Shown here in pieces: positions 9,785 through 19,386 of a stretch of DNA of 64,000 nucleotides. Position 1 is the first letter of the stretch, and each line of letters opens with the position of its first letter. Source of the DNA: a virus; the IMG/VR virus record IMGVR_UViG_3300031087_000015, positions 1 through 64,000 of that record, one strand, 5' to 3'. Below the pieces are notes generated by a model that searched no databases, was not told the origin of the DNA, and saw nothing but the letters and a program-made list of their open reading frames with translations. A program made the position numbers and the translations under genes.

Positions 9785-11485
9785 ATGAGTGATGGAATTC
9801 ATTTGGCCAGTGGTGAGTTTATCCCAATGGATCAAATTGTGGCGCGTGAGTGTAAACATGTACTTTACACCGAAGCAGAGGACGGTAGTCGTAATGACGC
9901 CCTCTTCGTTAAAGAGCGCCTTCATTTAAAAGACAAGCGGACTGTACCGCACTGCTATGTGCGTGAAAACTACAAGCGTGATTTCTATATCACGAAAGAT
10001 GGTTTTCGCAACCATAAGGACAAGAAAGAGTTTGAGGATCTCTCTCGTGTTCGTAAGTTCAGTTCAACTCAGGTAAACCTTGGGCGCAGTATCGTCAAGG
10101 CACTGGGTTTTGGTAATGCCATGTTACCACTGAAACAGATTCTGCGCAGTCCGTATGTTTACGGTTGCGACTGCACCACACCGGTTCTGATAAAGAACAT
10201 GTACCAGCAGAAATACCCAGACGCGGTTACTGACAATACCGTGGCTCCACTCGATATAGAGACCGATGTTGTTACAGGTGATGGAAGCAAGTTAATCCTG
10301 ATCTCTGTCAGCTTCGGTACTGAGAAAGCGGTATTCGGCGTTAAGAAGTTCTATGGCGACAAACTTAACCTCAAAGAAAAGTTCCTGTCTAAGACCACTG
10401 AACTCGTTGGCGACTATATTCAGAAGTGGAACGCAGACATTATCTTTGATGTCTTTGAAACGGCGTTCGAATGTGTGCAGGCTGCTTTTGCATTACTCCA
10501 CAAATGGAAACCTGACTTCGTCAGTATCTGGAACATCGCGTTCGACCTTCCCAAAATCATCAACTGCATCAAAGAGGCCGGTTGGGACCCTGCTCGAATC
10601 ATGAGCGACCCATGCGTTCCTGAACGATACCAACATGCTCGCTGGAAACCCGGCAAATCGCAGAAGGTTACTGCCTCCGGTAAAACGATGGCATTGCACC
10701 CAGCAGAGCAGTGGCACGTCATGGAGTGTTTCTCCAGCTTCTACTTTGTAGATGCGATGTGTGTTTACAAACGTATCCGTGTAGTAGGCGGTAACGAACG
10801 TAGTTACGCACTCGACTATATCCTCAACAAAGAGTTGGGTATTCGCAAACTTAAATTCGAAGAGGCTGACCACCTCAACGGACTCCGTTGGCACCAATTC
10901 TTACAGAAAGAGTATCCTATCGAATACTCCGTATATAACTTATTCGATACAGTCTCTTTAGAAGAGTTGGACGCGAAGACTCACGATCTGTCACAGACGA
11001 TCTCGTTGCTCTGCGGTCACTCTGAGTATGCTCGGTTCCCGTCCACTCCTCGTCGCTTAAGTGATGACATGGAGTTCTTTGCACTGGAACATGGTCGTGT
11101 GTTTGGTACGACTTCCGATGAGATGGGTAAAGACCCACTGGATAAGTACGTACTCGGCATGAACGACTGGATCGTTACTTTACCGTCGCACCTGGTGGTA
11201 GATAACGGCATCCAATGCATTAAGGGTATGCCTGAGCATAAAACCCTAATCCGCACCCACGTTGCAGACTTGGACGTAGAAGGGGCTTACCCAACTACAG
11301 AAGACGTCATGAACATCAGTAAGGAAACAACCTATCGCGAGCTGTCTCGTATTGAAGGTGTTTCTGAAGCTGTGCAGCGTCGCAATGGCATTAACCTAAC
11401 TGGCGGTCGTGTAAACGCTGTGCAGTTCTGTACTGAAATCTACGGCATGCCTTCTCTGCAAGAGCTGGAATCCCTGGTAGCTTAA
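9785..11485 (+). CDS. Split family-B DNA polymerase, exonuclease plus motif A subunit (phiKZ gp82-like)
   Basis: ExoI LDIETD, ExoII WNIAFDLP, YALDYIL, ExoIII YNLFD, polymerase motif A DLDVEGAYP; SD GAGGAG. Confidence 0.88.
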   Translation: MSDGIHLASGEFIPMDQIVARECKHVLYTEAEDGSRNDALFVKERLHLKDKRTVPHCYVRENYKRDFYITKDGFRNHKDKKEFEDLSRVRKFSSTQVNLGRSIVKALGFGNAMLPLKQILRSPYVYGCDCTTPVLIKNMYQQKYPDAVTDNTVAPLDIETDVVTGDGSKLILISVSFGTEKAVFGVKKFYGDKLNLKEKFLSKTTELVGDYIQKWNADIIFDVFETAFECVQAAFALLHKWKPDFVSIWNIAFDLPKIINCIKEAGWDPARIMSDPCVPERYQHARWKPGKSQKVTASGKTMALHPAEQWHVMECFSSFYFVDAMCVYKRIRVVGGNERSYALDYILNKELGIRKLKFEEADHLNGLRWHQFLQKEYPIEYSVYNLFDTVSLEELDAKTHDLSQTISLLCGHSEYARFPSTPRRLSDDMEFFALEHGRVFGTTSDEMGKDPLDKYVLGMNDWIVTLPSHLVVDNGIQCIKGMPEHKTLIRTHVADLDVEGAYPTTEDVMNISKETTYRELSRIEGVSEAVQRRNGINLTGGRVNAVQFCTEIYGMPSLQELESLVA

Positions 11486-11495
11486 TCACACAAAC

Positions 11496-11514
11496 GGGGA
11501 GTTAGCTCCCCTTT
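11496..11514 (+). terminator. Hairpin after DNA polymerase gene
   Basis: GGGGAG-ttag-CTCCCC followed by TTT. Confidence 0.55.
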
Positions 11515-11525
11515 AGGATATTGAA

Positions 11526-12275
11526 ATGGAAAAGACTGAACTGAACCCTGAAGGCAATGAGCTGTATGAAGCACATCTGAAGGCGGGCACCGCGTTCGTT
11601 ACTGAAGAAGGCAATCCGTGTACCAACGCAGAGATCGATGAGTCTCTGAAAGGTAAAGCTGCCAAACCAGACAGTAACGCGATCGATGTATCTGAAGATG
11701 ATGTCATTGCATTACTGTCTCCGAAAGATCGCAAAAAGGCGATGCGTAAGCGTGCTCGTAATGAGTTCGTTGGCCTGGTTGGTCAAGCGATTGTTCATAT
11801 CGGTCTGAGTGAAAGCATGGCGGGTAAGGTCATTGCTGCTATCGGACTTACTGGCGCTGTGGAAACCAACTTTGCGTTTAACCCCGATACTAACGCTGGT
11901 ATTATCTGGGGCTACACTAACGGTGGTGCGATGAACATTCCTATTCCACTGGAAAACATCGACATGGCAACTGTGGTTTCGCTGGAGAACGCCGGTACGT
12001 TCAAAATGCATGCAAACGCTGGCATGCTTCAGACTCGCACTCCTGGTTACTGGCTGGCTGCGTATCGCGTACCGCCGGTAGAGACTAAAGTTACCGACCT
12101 TCCTCCAGAGCCTGGTGACATTCGTGTGAGTGTTCCAGCGCGTGGTGAGACTAAAGCTTTCGTTCATGTAGATGAACTGCCGTGGGTTGAAGGCACACCT
12201 ACTGACGCTGAGTTGGCGCTGGGTAAAGAAGTTGTAGAGAAGCTGAACGAAGGCATGAAAGCCGAAACCGCATAA
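11526..12275 (+). CDS. Hypothetical protein
   Basis: 249 aa ORF with AGGA SD and a downstream terminator. Confidence 0.75.
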   Translation: MEKTELNPEGNELYEAHLKAGTAFVTEEGNPCTNAEIDESLKGKAAKPDSNAIDVSEDDVIALLSPKDRKKAMRKRARNEFVGLVGQAIVHIGLSESMAGKVIAAIGLTGAVETNFAFNPDTNAGIIWGYTNGGAMNIPIPLENIDMATVVSLENAGTFKMHANAGMLQTRTPGYWLAAYRVPPVETKVTDLPPEPGDIRVSVPARGETKAFVHVDELPWVEGTPTDAELALGKEVVEKLNEGMKAETA

Positions 12276-12287
12276 CAGCATAAAAGC

Positions 12288-12326
12288 CTCCTCTTCCCTT
12301 TCGGGAAGAGGAGTGCTTATTTATGC
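12288..12326. terminator. Bidirectional intrinsic terminator
   Basis: CTCCTCTTCCC-tttc-GGGAAGAGGAG between convergent genes; GCATAAAA on the left, TTTATGC on the right. Confidence 0.85.
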
Positions 12327-12806
12327 GGCAGTTTGAGCATCGTACGCCAACAGGCGCTTGATGTGGTCAACGGCACGGATCATCTGGATCTCAGGAAGTG
12401 CACGGTATGCCTTCTCTGGGTCAGTCTGTTTGATTAACAGGTGACGCAGGTTTGGCTTGGACAGGATGATAAAGATGTTCACCCATGCTGCAAAGTCACG
12501 GCGGGCGTTTGAGTCCAACTTAACGCTGTAGTGATTGCGTGATACAAACATGGATGACAGTGCACCGTCACCATACTGCTTGAACAAATCAATGGTGCCG
12601 TTAAAGGCATCAATGAAGTCTTTGTTCTCTCGCTGCGTCAGAATAGACTGGATAGTAAGGTAAAGACCTTTCTGTTCCATGTTGATCTGATCTTCAGTCA
12701 GACGTTTACCCGGTGCCATTTTCTGGGCATAGTTCTCGATTCGAGCCAGTAAGGAGCGTACGCCAAGACTTACTGTATCCTGAACTTCTTTCATTTCTTC
12801 GGACAT
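12321..12806 (-). CDS. Hypothetical protein
   Basis: 161 aa ORF with GGAG SD. Confidence 0.75.
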   Translation of the reverse strand: MSEEMKEVQDTVSLGVRSLLARIENYAQKMAPGKRLTEDQINMEQKGLYLTIQSILTQRENKDFIDAFNGTIDLFKQYGDGALSSMFVSRNHYSVKLDSNARRDFAAWVNIFIILSKPNLRHLLIKQTDPEKAYRALPEIQMIRAVDHIKRLLAYDAQTAA

Positions 12807-12864
12807 TGTGGCCTAAACTCCAGTAGGTTATAAATTACACAGAAACTTCCATATCATTAATAGC

Positions 12865-12911
12865 GGCATAAGAAAAAAGAGGAGTAGTGAGTTCCGTATA
12901 CCCACTACTCC
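12865..12911 (-). terminator. Intrinsic terminator after vRNAP gene
   Basis: GGAGTAGTG...CACTACTCC stem with a - strand U-tract followed by TTATGCC. Confidence 0.75.
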
Positions 12912-12945
12912 CGAGCAGAGCTACAATGATAATTTGAGCATATAA

Positions 12946-14262
12946 TTAGCTGATATGTAACTCAGCATCAAACTCTTTTACCATCAGTGCTGTACCGTGT
13001 ACCGCAGACATCATTGCGTTCATGAACACCGAACCCATGTTTGAACCCATGGCCGACAGACCAGTCGGAGATTCAGAGACCTGCTCACCCATACACACAG
13101 AACAGTAGTCCGTGTGTTCACTTAAGCATGCCTGTGGAGAACGGAGTTCGATTACCTTACCGATTAACGGTTTGGTGTCCGTCCCGATTGGTACGGTCTG
13201 ACCATCAACGATGTGGAATCGTCCTTTGAAGTTGCTGTGGTTCTCGCTGGTGATACGATAAGGTACACCGTAAGTAACACCACAATCGCCGGCAACAACA
13301 CGGGAGTTCTGCAAGACACGTTGGAAGAACTTAACCGCTTCGCCGCCCAATGCAGTCAGCGCACCACGAGAGTAACTACCGCTACGTAAGGTGTTGATCA
13401 ACGCAGGCAGTGTTTCAATCGTTGGTCCTTCCATCAGACTGTTCTTAACGAAGGTGTATGTACCGTCGCCATTGAAGCTTGCTTCGATACCACCCAACAG
13501 GAAGAGTTTCTTACGAACGATGTTGAATGACTTGGCTTTGATATAGAAGCCTTTGTCTGGATCTTTGTCGATCCACTCTTTATCTTTCGCGATTAACTGC
13601 CTCTCAATATCTGCAATCACCGTTGGGTCGTTCAACTCATGCTCATGCTCCTTCAGAAGCCTGTCACGCAGTTCAATTACTTCAGGTGATGTACGAGCAG
13701 TGTAAGGCGTTGCGCTCGGCACAGAGATTTCTACGAAGCCTGCAAGTGCAGTGGTACATTGAACGTATCGCACATACTCGTGCGCATAGATCACGTTGGG
13801 ATCTTGAGCGTCGTAGTTGATACTACCATCGGGATGAAGAACGTCATTCTGGAACAGAGGGCGTATCTGCGCAAGTACGGACTTGACAGTAATTACCCCC
13901 GTCTGGAATGGGATCTTTTTACCGAAGACGTGAACCAGCGTATACCAGTTGATAAAGAGATTACCAACGGTTGTTGTCACCGGCTCAACGAGGTTCGGGA
14001 TATCGCCAATCTGAAGATCAACTTTATCCTTGAAAGATAACAGCGGCGTGTTAGGCGGCACGTCGAAGTTTTCGAATTCCTGATGTTCACCGTTTTCATC
14101 GACCCAATAGGGAATACCCTCGATACGATGGACGTCAAGATAACGACCGTTCATTAACTGAGCGTTCGTCGTGCGTGTGCAACCAAACACAGAGAAGACC
14201 CATGCCTTCTCTTTATAGCGTAAGTTTAAACACGCTTTCTTAAAGAACTCTAAAGGTGTCAT
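12946..14262 (-). CDS. Virion RNA polymerase beta'-like subunit, middle fragment (phiKZ gp80-like)
   Basis: Bridge-helix-like GSYSRGALTALGGEAVK, GDCG, Zn site RSPQAC...YCSVCMG, trigger-loop-like MMSAVHG. Confidence 0.85.
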   Translation of the reverse strand: MTPLEFFKKACLNLRYKEKAWVFSVFGCTRTTNAQLMNGRYLDVHRIEGIPYWVDENGEHQEFENFDVPPNTPLLSFKDKVDLQIGDIPNLVEPVTTTVGNLFINWYTLVHVFGKKIPFQTGVITVKSVLAQIRPLFQNDVLHPDGSINYDAQDPNVIYAHEYVRYVQCTTALAGFVEISVPSATPYTARTSPEVIELRDRLLKEHEHELNDPTVIADIERQLIAKDKEWIDKDPDKGFYIKAKSFNIVRKKLFLLGGIEASFNGDGTYTFVKNSLMEGPTIETLPALINTLRSGSYSRGALTALGGEAVKFFQRVLQNSRVVAGDCGVTYGVPYRITSENHSNFKGRFHIVDGQTVPIGTDTKPLIGKVIELRSPQACLSEHTDYCSVCMGEQVSESPTGLSAMGSNMGSVFMNAMMSAVHGTALMVKEFDAELHIS

Positions 14263-15120
14263 TTAGATCTCCACAGAAGGCGCTGGGAAGCGATTTAACT
14301 GGAAAGCGATCTTCTGTCTTTCCTGTGCACGATCTTCCGTTAGGATACGTTCTACGAGGTTCTTAGCTGTACCAACAACAGCATTAGAAAGAACATTCGA
14401 AGCAGCAGCAATTTGATAGCAAATGGTTGCCAACTCCATGTCCTTAAAGTCGTAGATCTCAGGGGTGAGTGATTCCAGAATCATGAACGGATCTTGACCG
14501 AACATGCCACTGATAACGAGGTTGCTCTCAACGAACCCTTCACGGCTATAATACTCCGTGTGCTTCAAACGGTCGATGATACTGCGGCGGAGTTCCACCG
14601 TGTCGTCAACCACGTTCTTAGATTCGAGTGAGGCGACGTGAGCTGCGTTCTCCTCCAGCATCTTCTGGACCAGGTCGCGGTCAACCGCACCAATGACGTC
14701 CAGAACGTTTTCAGCCGCTTGTCCAGTGATTTCCTCAACTACGTCAGCCAACGCCTCCTCCGTGTCATCTGCGTCGCCTATGAGGGAGATAAGACGATGT
14801 GGGTCTTCATACTGGTCAGCGATCAGTAATGTACCAACGATGTCTGTGAAGATCGGGAGGTTTTCATCGAGAATAAGATCTGGATTCAACACAACACCAA
14901 ACTCCGCAGCACAGGCGACAATGTTGACTAATGCAAAGTCTGCAAACTGCTGGACCGCTACGTCCGAGGACAAGTCATTAGAACTGAACAAGAAATCATT
15001 CACCTTGTCGAGTACAGGGGTGCCTTGTACCTCAAAGCACGCATTAAGCGCCTCTAAGATATTGGCCTTCCTGTAATCCGACGTGTGCTGACTTAAAAAG
15101 AAGTCAAGCTCGTCAAACAT
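14263..15120 (-). CDS. Conserved hypothetical protein (phiKZ gp79-like)
   Basis: 285 aa acidic ORF with AAGGAG SD, abutting the vRNAP gene. Confidence 0.7.
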   Translation of the reverse strand: MFDELDFFLSQHTSDYRKANILEALNACFEVQGTPVLDKVNDFLFSSNDLSSDVAVQQFADFALVNIVACAAEFGVVLNPDLILDENLPIFTDIVGTLLIADQYEDPHRLISLIGDADDTEEALADVVEEITGQAAENVLDVIGAVDRDLVQKMLEENAAHVASLESKNVVDDTVELRRSIIDRLKHTEYYSREGFVESNLVISGMFGQDPFMILESLTPEIYDFKDMELATICYQIAAASNVLSNAVVGTAKNLVERILTEDRAQERQKIAFQLNRFPAPSVEI

Positions 15121-15193
15121 AGGTACTCCTTAAGTATTTTCTTACCGGGGTATTAAACGTTATGGATAAAATTGCTATAACAAAGGAAACGAG

Positions 15194-15637
15194 ATGAGTA
15201 AGCGTAGAAGTACCCCAGGTGGTGCACCCACAATGTCAGCGGCCGATCAAGCGGAGACCTTCGCAGAACTCGATCAACTTCATGGTCATTGTCTTTCACT
15301 TATAGCAACTTGCACACAATTAGGAAAGGATCTTCGTGATACCGAATTGTTGAAGCATGTCGCTAACCTTCCAGAGCTGGTTTCCATGGCTGAACGCCTC
15401 TCTGGTCGCCTGCAAGATGTTCAACAGACCCTTTCTGAAATTCGTACGGCAGATAACAATCTGCGTACCGGCACCCTCGGCGCTAACAATATTATGGTCG
15501 TCCTGAATGTCAGTCAGCGTTATGAAGACTGGCTTAACCGATTTGGACGCGGTGTGGCACCGACCATGGAAAACATGTGCAGCATCATCGACGCTGCCCG
15601 TGCAAAAATGAATGCAACGATTGGGAGTAATGCATGA
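15194..15637 (+). CDS. Hypothetical helical protein
   Basis: 147 aa, AAGGA SD, ATGA overlap with the next gene. Confidence 0.7.
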   Translation: MSKRRSTPGGAPTMSAADQAETFAELDQLHGHCLSLIATCTQLGKDLRDTELLKHVANLPELVSMAERLSGRLQDVQQTLSEIRTADNNLRTGTLGANNIMVVLNVSQRYEDWLNRFGRGVAPTMENMCSIIDAARAKMNATIGSNA

Positions 15638-17268
15638 CTGGTTCAATTGACCCCGAAAACTCAACACCAGCTGAACATGTACAGGCTCCTGTTGCCGAAA
15701 CAATACCAGCGCAAACTGAAGGTCAGGTGGCAGAGGAAGATGACATTCCTTTACCGCCTAACTACAGTGTACCCGATGAAGAAGCACCTGAGTTTGGTAA
15801 CTTGCCGGATGAAGATAAGTATACCGAACCCAAGGTTGAGTCTACCCTGATCAATCCACTGGATACCCGTAAAGCCAATGCTAATAATGCGCAGACTCGT
15901 GGTCTGCCACCGTTAAGTATTCTTTATGGTACACTGGCCGGCACAGTTGACCTGTTAAACAGTCAGGTCGATGACGCTCGTATCGATGATCCTAAGGCGC
16001 AAGCTGCCTGGGTTGAAGCAGTAGAAGAAGCGTACCCTAACTATTTCCGCACCGCCAATGGTCGTGCCCCGTTCGAAGAGTCAGTAACCGCTCGTGGTGA
16101 ATGGGGTCAGGGTATTGAGATCAACAGTGTACGCTACGCAGGTCGTAGCCAACGCCTGCCGGTTGAATCTGGTGAGCGTCTGGTTGGTGCTGATGCACTG
16201 GCTCGCGTTACGCGTGCTGTGGGTATGGGTGCGATCATTCAGATCCCGTGTTGGCACTCTGGCATCTGGGTTAGCATCAAAGCACCAGGTGACGTAGAAC
16301 TGTACGAGCTGGAACGTCGTATTGCCATGGAGAAAGTAGCCCTCGGTCGTATGACCAAAGGTCTGGTATTCTCCAACACGTCGGTTTACATTGCTGGGCA
16401 TCTGATCAACTTCATCCTGAGTCATCTGTATAGCTCAACCGCGCCGACCGATGACCCAGCAACCATTAAGAAGATTCTGAAAACTCAGGACCTTCCTACG
16501 CTGATCTGGGGTATGGTAACAGCTATCTATCCGGGCGGATATCCGTATCGTCAGCCTTGCATGACTGATATCACTAAGTGTACCCACATCGTGGAAGCGC
16601 TGCTGGATATCGGTAAACTGCAATGGGTGGATCGCAGTATGCTTTCTGATAAGCAGAAAGCGATCATGACTCAACGTAGTGCTCGCACCACCCAGGCTAC
16701 GATCGACGAATACCAGTCCGAATTCGGACTGCGCGTCGGCGCTAACGTCGCTAAGCTCAACGAGCAGATGACCATCGAGTTTGGTTCACCGACCATCGAG
16801 ATGTACGAGAACTCCGGCTATAGCTGGGTAGAGGCCATCGTATCTGCGACGGACAGCCAGTTCGGTAATAACCTGACTGGCAAAGAGCGTAGCGACTATA
16901 TCAGTGACGTTGCTCGCACCACCGCACCTCGCCAATACAGCCACTGGGTTAAGGCGATTGAGGTAACGGATGAGAAAGGGATCACGACCCGTATCGAAGA
17001 CCGTGCGTCAATCGAGGCGTGTACTGTGCAGATTGCAAGTGTCGACGATGTTAAGCGCACATTCATCAAAGCGGTGGGTGCTTTCATCGATGCTACAACT
17101 GTTTGTGTTATCGGTTATTTAAACTACGCATGTCCGAAGTGTGGAGAGTTGCAGATGAAGGCCAATGGTCCTAAGTCACGCATTATCCCAATCGACATGA
17201 TGCAAGTTTTTTTGACCCTTCAGCGCCACAAGATCGATCAGGCACTGAGGGAAGAAAACGCAATCTAG
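15634..17268 (+). CDS. Probable tail/baseplate assembly chaperone (phiKZ gp77-like position) with C-terminal Zn ribbon
   Basis: 544 aa; PC..C and CPKCG cysteine pairs as in T4 gp26-like proteins; T7G slippery run near the 3' end. Confidence 0.55.
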   Translation: MTGSIDPENSTPAEHVQAPVAETIPAQTEGQVAEEDDIPLPPNYSVPDEEAPEFGNLPDEDKYTEPKVESTLINPLDTRKANANNAQTRGLPPLSILYGTLAGTVDLLNSQVDDARIDDPKAQAAWVEAVEEAYPNYFRTANGRAPFEESVTARGEWGQGIEINSVRYAGRSQRLPVESGERLVGADALARVTRAVGMGAIIQIPCWHSGIWVSIKAPGDVELYELERRIAMEKVALGRMTKGLVFSNTSVYIAGHLINFILSHLYSSTAPTDDPATIKKILKTQDLPTLIWGMVTAIYPGGYPYRQPCMTDITKCTHIVEALLDIGKLQWVDRSMLSDKQKAIMTQRSARTTQATIDEYQSEFGLRVGANVAKLNEQMTIEFGSPTIEMYENSGYSWVEAIVSATDSQFGNNLTGKERSDYISDVARTTAPRQYSHWVKAIEVTDEKGITTRIEDRASIEACTVQIASVDDVKRTFIKAVGAFIDATTVCVIGYLNYACPKCGELQMKANGPKSRIIPIDMMQVFLTLQRHKIDQALREENAI

Positions 17269-17696
17269 CGTGGCACGTCGCCGACCCTAGCTTCGGTAGG
17301 GATGTGGACCGAGAGCGTACTGAAATCGGTACGCTTTTATTCCGTCTCGAAAAACCACTTAGTGGTGAAGAGATAGACATCGTGCTCAATGAGTCCTACG
17401 ATCAGAGTTATGGCATTTTTAACCATGATTCTCCGCAGGCTAACCCGTTGAGTATTGTCAGCATGCATGAGAGCGAACGATACACTGAAGGTAGTGGGTT
17501 GTACAATCAAATTGCACGTTATTTAAAGCATCCCATTAAAGATCGCTTTGGGTTAGACTTGATCGACTTTCTGAACCTCCCACGAGAGTACTCCGAAGAG
17601 TTGATACGTTTAAGCGCAATCGGTCAAGCGGCACCTACTGGCGCGTCCGATGCTGATCTGCGTAAGCTCGAACAGGAACTGCGTGGCGGTAAATAG
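17211..17696 (+). CDS. -1 frame extension of the 15634 gene (gpT-like); the ORF track calls only 17304-17696
   Basis: The frame is open from the TTTTTTG run (17208-17214) to TAG 17696. The GTG at 17304 has a weak SD buried in a hairpin (17285-17301). Confidence 0.6.
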   Translation, partial: FDPSAPQDRSGTEGRKRNLAWHVADPSFGRDVDRERTEIGTLLFRLEKPLSGEEIDIVLNESYDQSYGIFNHDSPQANPLSIVSMHESERYTEGSGLYNQIARYLKHPIKDRFGLDLIDFLNLPREYSEELIRLSAIGQAAPTGASDADLRKLEQELRGGK

Positions 17697-17719
17697 CAAA
17701 AAAAAAAATAAGCATAGCA

Positions 17720-17761
17720 CTCCTCTATCCCGAAGGATAGAGGAGGCTGGCTTTTTATGCC
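17720..17761. terminator. Bidirectional intrinsic terminator
   Basis: CTCCTCTATCC-cgaa-GGATAGAGGAG between convergent genes; TTTTTATGCC on the right, A-tract on the left. Confidence 0.85.
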
Positions 17762-18240
17762 GTGTAGATGATCGCAGAGAGCGCGAAATACGCCGCTTCT
17801 TTATTAGACCAACGACCGAGTTCGATGTAAGACTTAGATTTGTCGCCAGTGCTATAGAATGCAAACAGACCCCACTTCTCGACACCGGCCTCACTGCTGA
17901 GTACTTCCAGTACGCCATTGTCGCCAATGCGGCAAGGCAGCACACCAAACGACTTCGTACCGTGGGTTGGAGTGATCTGCACACAGTCCGTATCGGTTTT
18001 CAGATAGATAGTGGCGTCAGGATTGGCAATCCTTAAGATACCCATGGCAGTGCGCTGCCCGCCATCGAAGAGATGAGTAACGGTGCCATCACCGTTACGG
18101 CCATAAACAGCCCACTCGTCGGATTCTAAAATAGAGCAAACCGACACCTCATTGCGACCGAAGGTTGAGTTGTCGTAATTGATTTTGATCGGAGACAGTT
18201 CGAATGATTTAAAGCCAGCCAGGTCGATTTTATCAGTCAT
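17755..18240 (-). CDS. Hypothetical protein with internal two-domain repeat
   Basis: Start at ATG 18240 (SD AAGGA); two similar units (EVSVCS..WAVY / EVLSS..WGLF). Confidence 0.65.
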   Translation of the reverse strand: MTDKIDLAGFKSFELSPIKINYDNSTFGRNEVSVCSILESDEWAVYGRNGDGTVTHLFDGGQRTAMGILRIANPDATIYLKTDTDCVQITPTHGTKSFGVLPCRIGDNGVLEVLSSEAGVEKWGLFAFYSTGDKSKSYIELGRWSNKEAAYFALSAIIYTA

Positions 18241-18257
18241 GATTTTATTCCTTAAGA

Positions 18258-18289
18258 GCATAAAAGAAAGTAGCCCAATTAAGGGCTAC
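18258..18289 (-). terminator. Hairpin terminator
   Basis: GTAGCCC-aattaa-GGGCTAC followed on the - strand by TTTCTTTTATGC. Confidence 0.7.
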
Positions 18290-18306
18290 CATTAGTAATC
18301 AAGTAA

Positions 18307-18322
18307 GTAGTGTATATCTAAA
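18307..18322 (-). promoter_or_regulatory. Putative early promoter (degenerate)
   Basis: TTTAGATATACACTAC aligns with the TATATTAC-type motif. Confidence 0.4.
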
Positions 18323-18328
18323 AATCTT

Positions 18329-18835
18329 TTAATCCGTGAAGTCTTCGTTGTTCTCCACGTAAAGCGGTGGGTCACGATAGTCAAGGATATTAGACAACAG
18401 TCTATCTGCGCCGTATCGAGTATTGAACTGTGCCAACACCGAATCTACGGGGTCGTGGTCAACGTCTTGTTCACTGCGACGCTTAGTCACACCCCAAGTA
18501 GTCGCCTCTTGATCTGCGCAGGCTGTAAGTTCACCGGATACCTCGTCTTCGATCATGGGCACTACATAGAACTCACTAGCCCCACACGACTCAGCCATCG
18601 AAATGGTGGAATCGCCCAGGGTCTTAGTCGACAACATGGCACAGCCAAAACCAACACCTTCGCTTTTGGCTATTTCGCGCGCAACCTCAATGGCTTTGTC
18701 CTGCCGCGCGTGGATAGAGCGCTTATCGGGTCGATTGGCACCTGGACGAATCACCATCCAGTCCGTTGCGTCCTTTGGGTCCACCTTTAATGCACCGCCA
18801 TCGGGTGCAATTATGATAGGCATTATGGTAATCAC
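18329..18835 (-). CDS. Hypothetical protein, DUF2188-like N-terminal domain
   Basis: WMVIRPGANR...HARQDKAIEVAREIAK resembles DUF2188; a second similar unit follows. Confidence 0.55.
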   Translation of the reverse strand: MITIMPIIIAPDGGALKVDPKDATDWMVIRPGANRPDKRSIHARQDKAIEVAREIAKSEGVGFGCAMLSTKTLGDSTISMAESCGASEFYVVPMIEDEVSGELTACADQEATTWGVTKRRSEQDVDHDPVDSVLAQFNTRYGADRLLSNILDYRDPPLYVENNEDFTD

Positions 18836-19386
18836 TGGTACTCCTTATATTGCAAATCGAAAAGCGCTGCTAACACGGCAGGTTCAAAGTCAGTTTTGAC
18901 CAACTTAGCACCGTGGCGTTCAATGATCGCGGGTATGGTTGACACAACCATCTTAATCGATGGAAGGTCTGAGTCCTTTATGGTACCCAGTATCAGAAGG
19001 TGCCCGCTGTCGTAGTACCATGCACGAATGGTAAGCTCGCGCCCGGCGAGATTCTTATGGTCGTGTCGTATGTAGTCCAACAGAACAATACCAAAGCTCC
19101 CCTCAGACAAATCGACGCTTCGAACCCCACCGCAAACGTCATGGCGTAAACGAGGTGGCCTGTATCGCCATGCGCTATTGTAGATTGGCTTCTTCTCATT
19201 TCCTTTGTGCATCATCCAGAAAAAGAAACCCGGTACGTCTTTACACAACTGCGTAACTTTTTCACGCTCTGCATCAGTGAGTTTGGTTGACCAGGGGTCA
19301 ATGTCGCCGATGAGGTTATTCGCTTCCTCATCTGTAATGCGCGGGAATGCCCTACGTAGGCGTGCACTCGCAGACTCTTTCATCAT
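18832..19386 (-). CDS. Hypothetical protein, paralog family member 1
   Basis: Shares domains with the 19352 and 19728 ORFs. Confidence 0.7.
   Translation of the reverse strand: MMKESASARLRRAFPRITDEEANNLIGDIDPWSTKLTDAEREKVTQLCKDVPGFFFWMMHKGNEKKPIYNSAWRYRPPRLRHDVCGGVRSVDLSEGSFGIVLLDYIRHDHKNLAGRELTIRAWYYDSGHLLILGTIKDSDLPSIKMVVSTIPAIIERHGAKLVKTDFEPAVLAALFDLQYKEYQ

Noticed and set aside
12912-12960. Possible fourth sRNA between the vRNAP stop and its terminator (TTAC, 18 nt, TATG)
   Set aside because: Spacing differs, only about 27 nt precede the terminator, there is no anti-SD seed and no target was found in the window; probably a 3' UTR.
14432-14442. 11-nt sR32 complement inside the gp79-like CDS
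   Set aside because: Mid-CDS, and an 11-mer match is within chance expectation.
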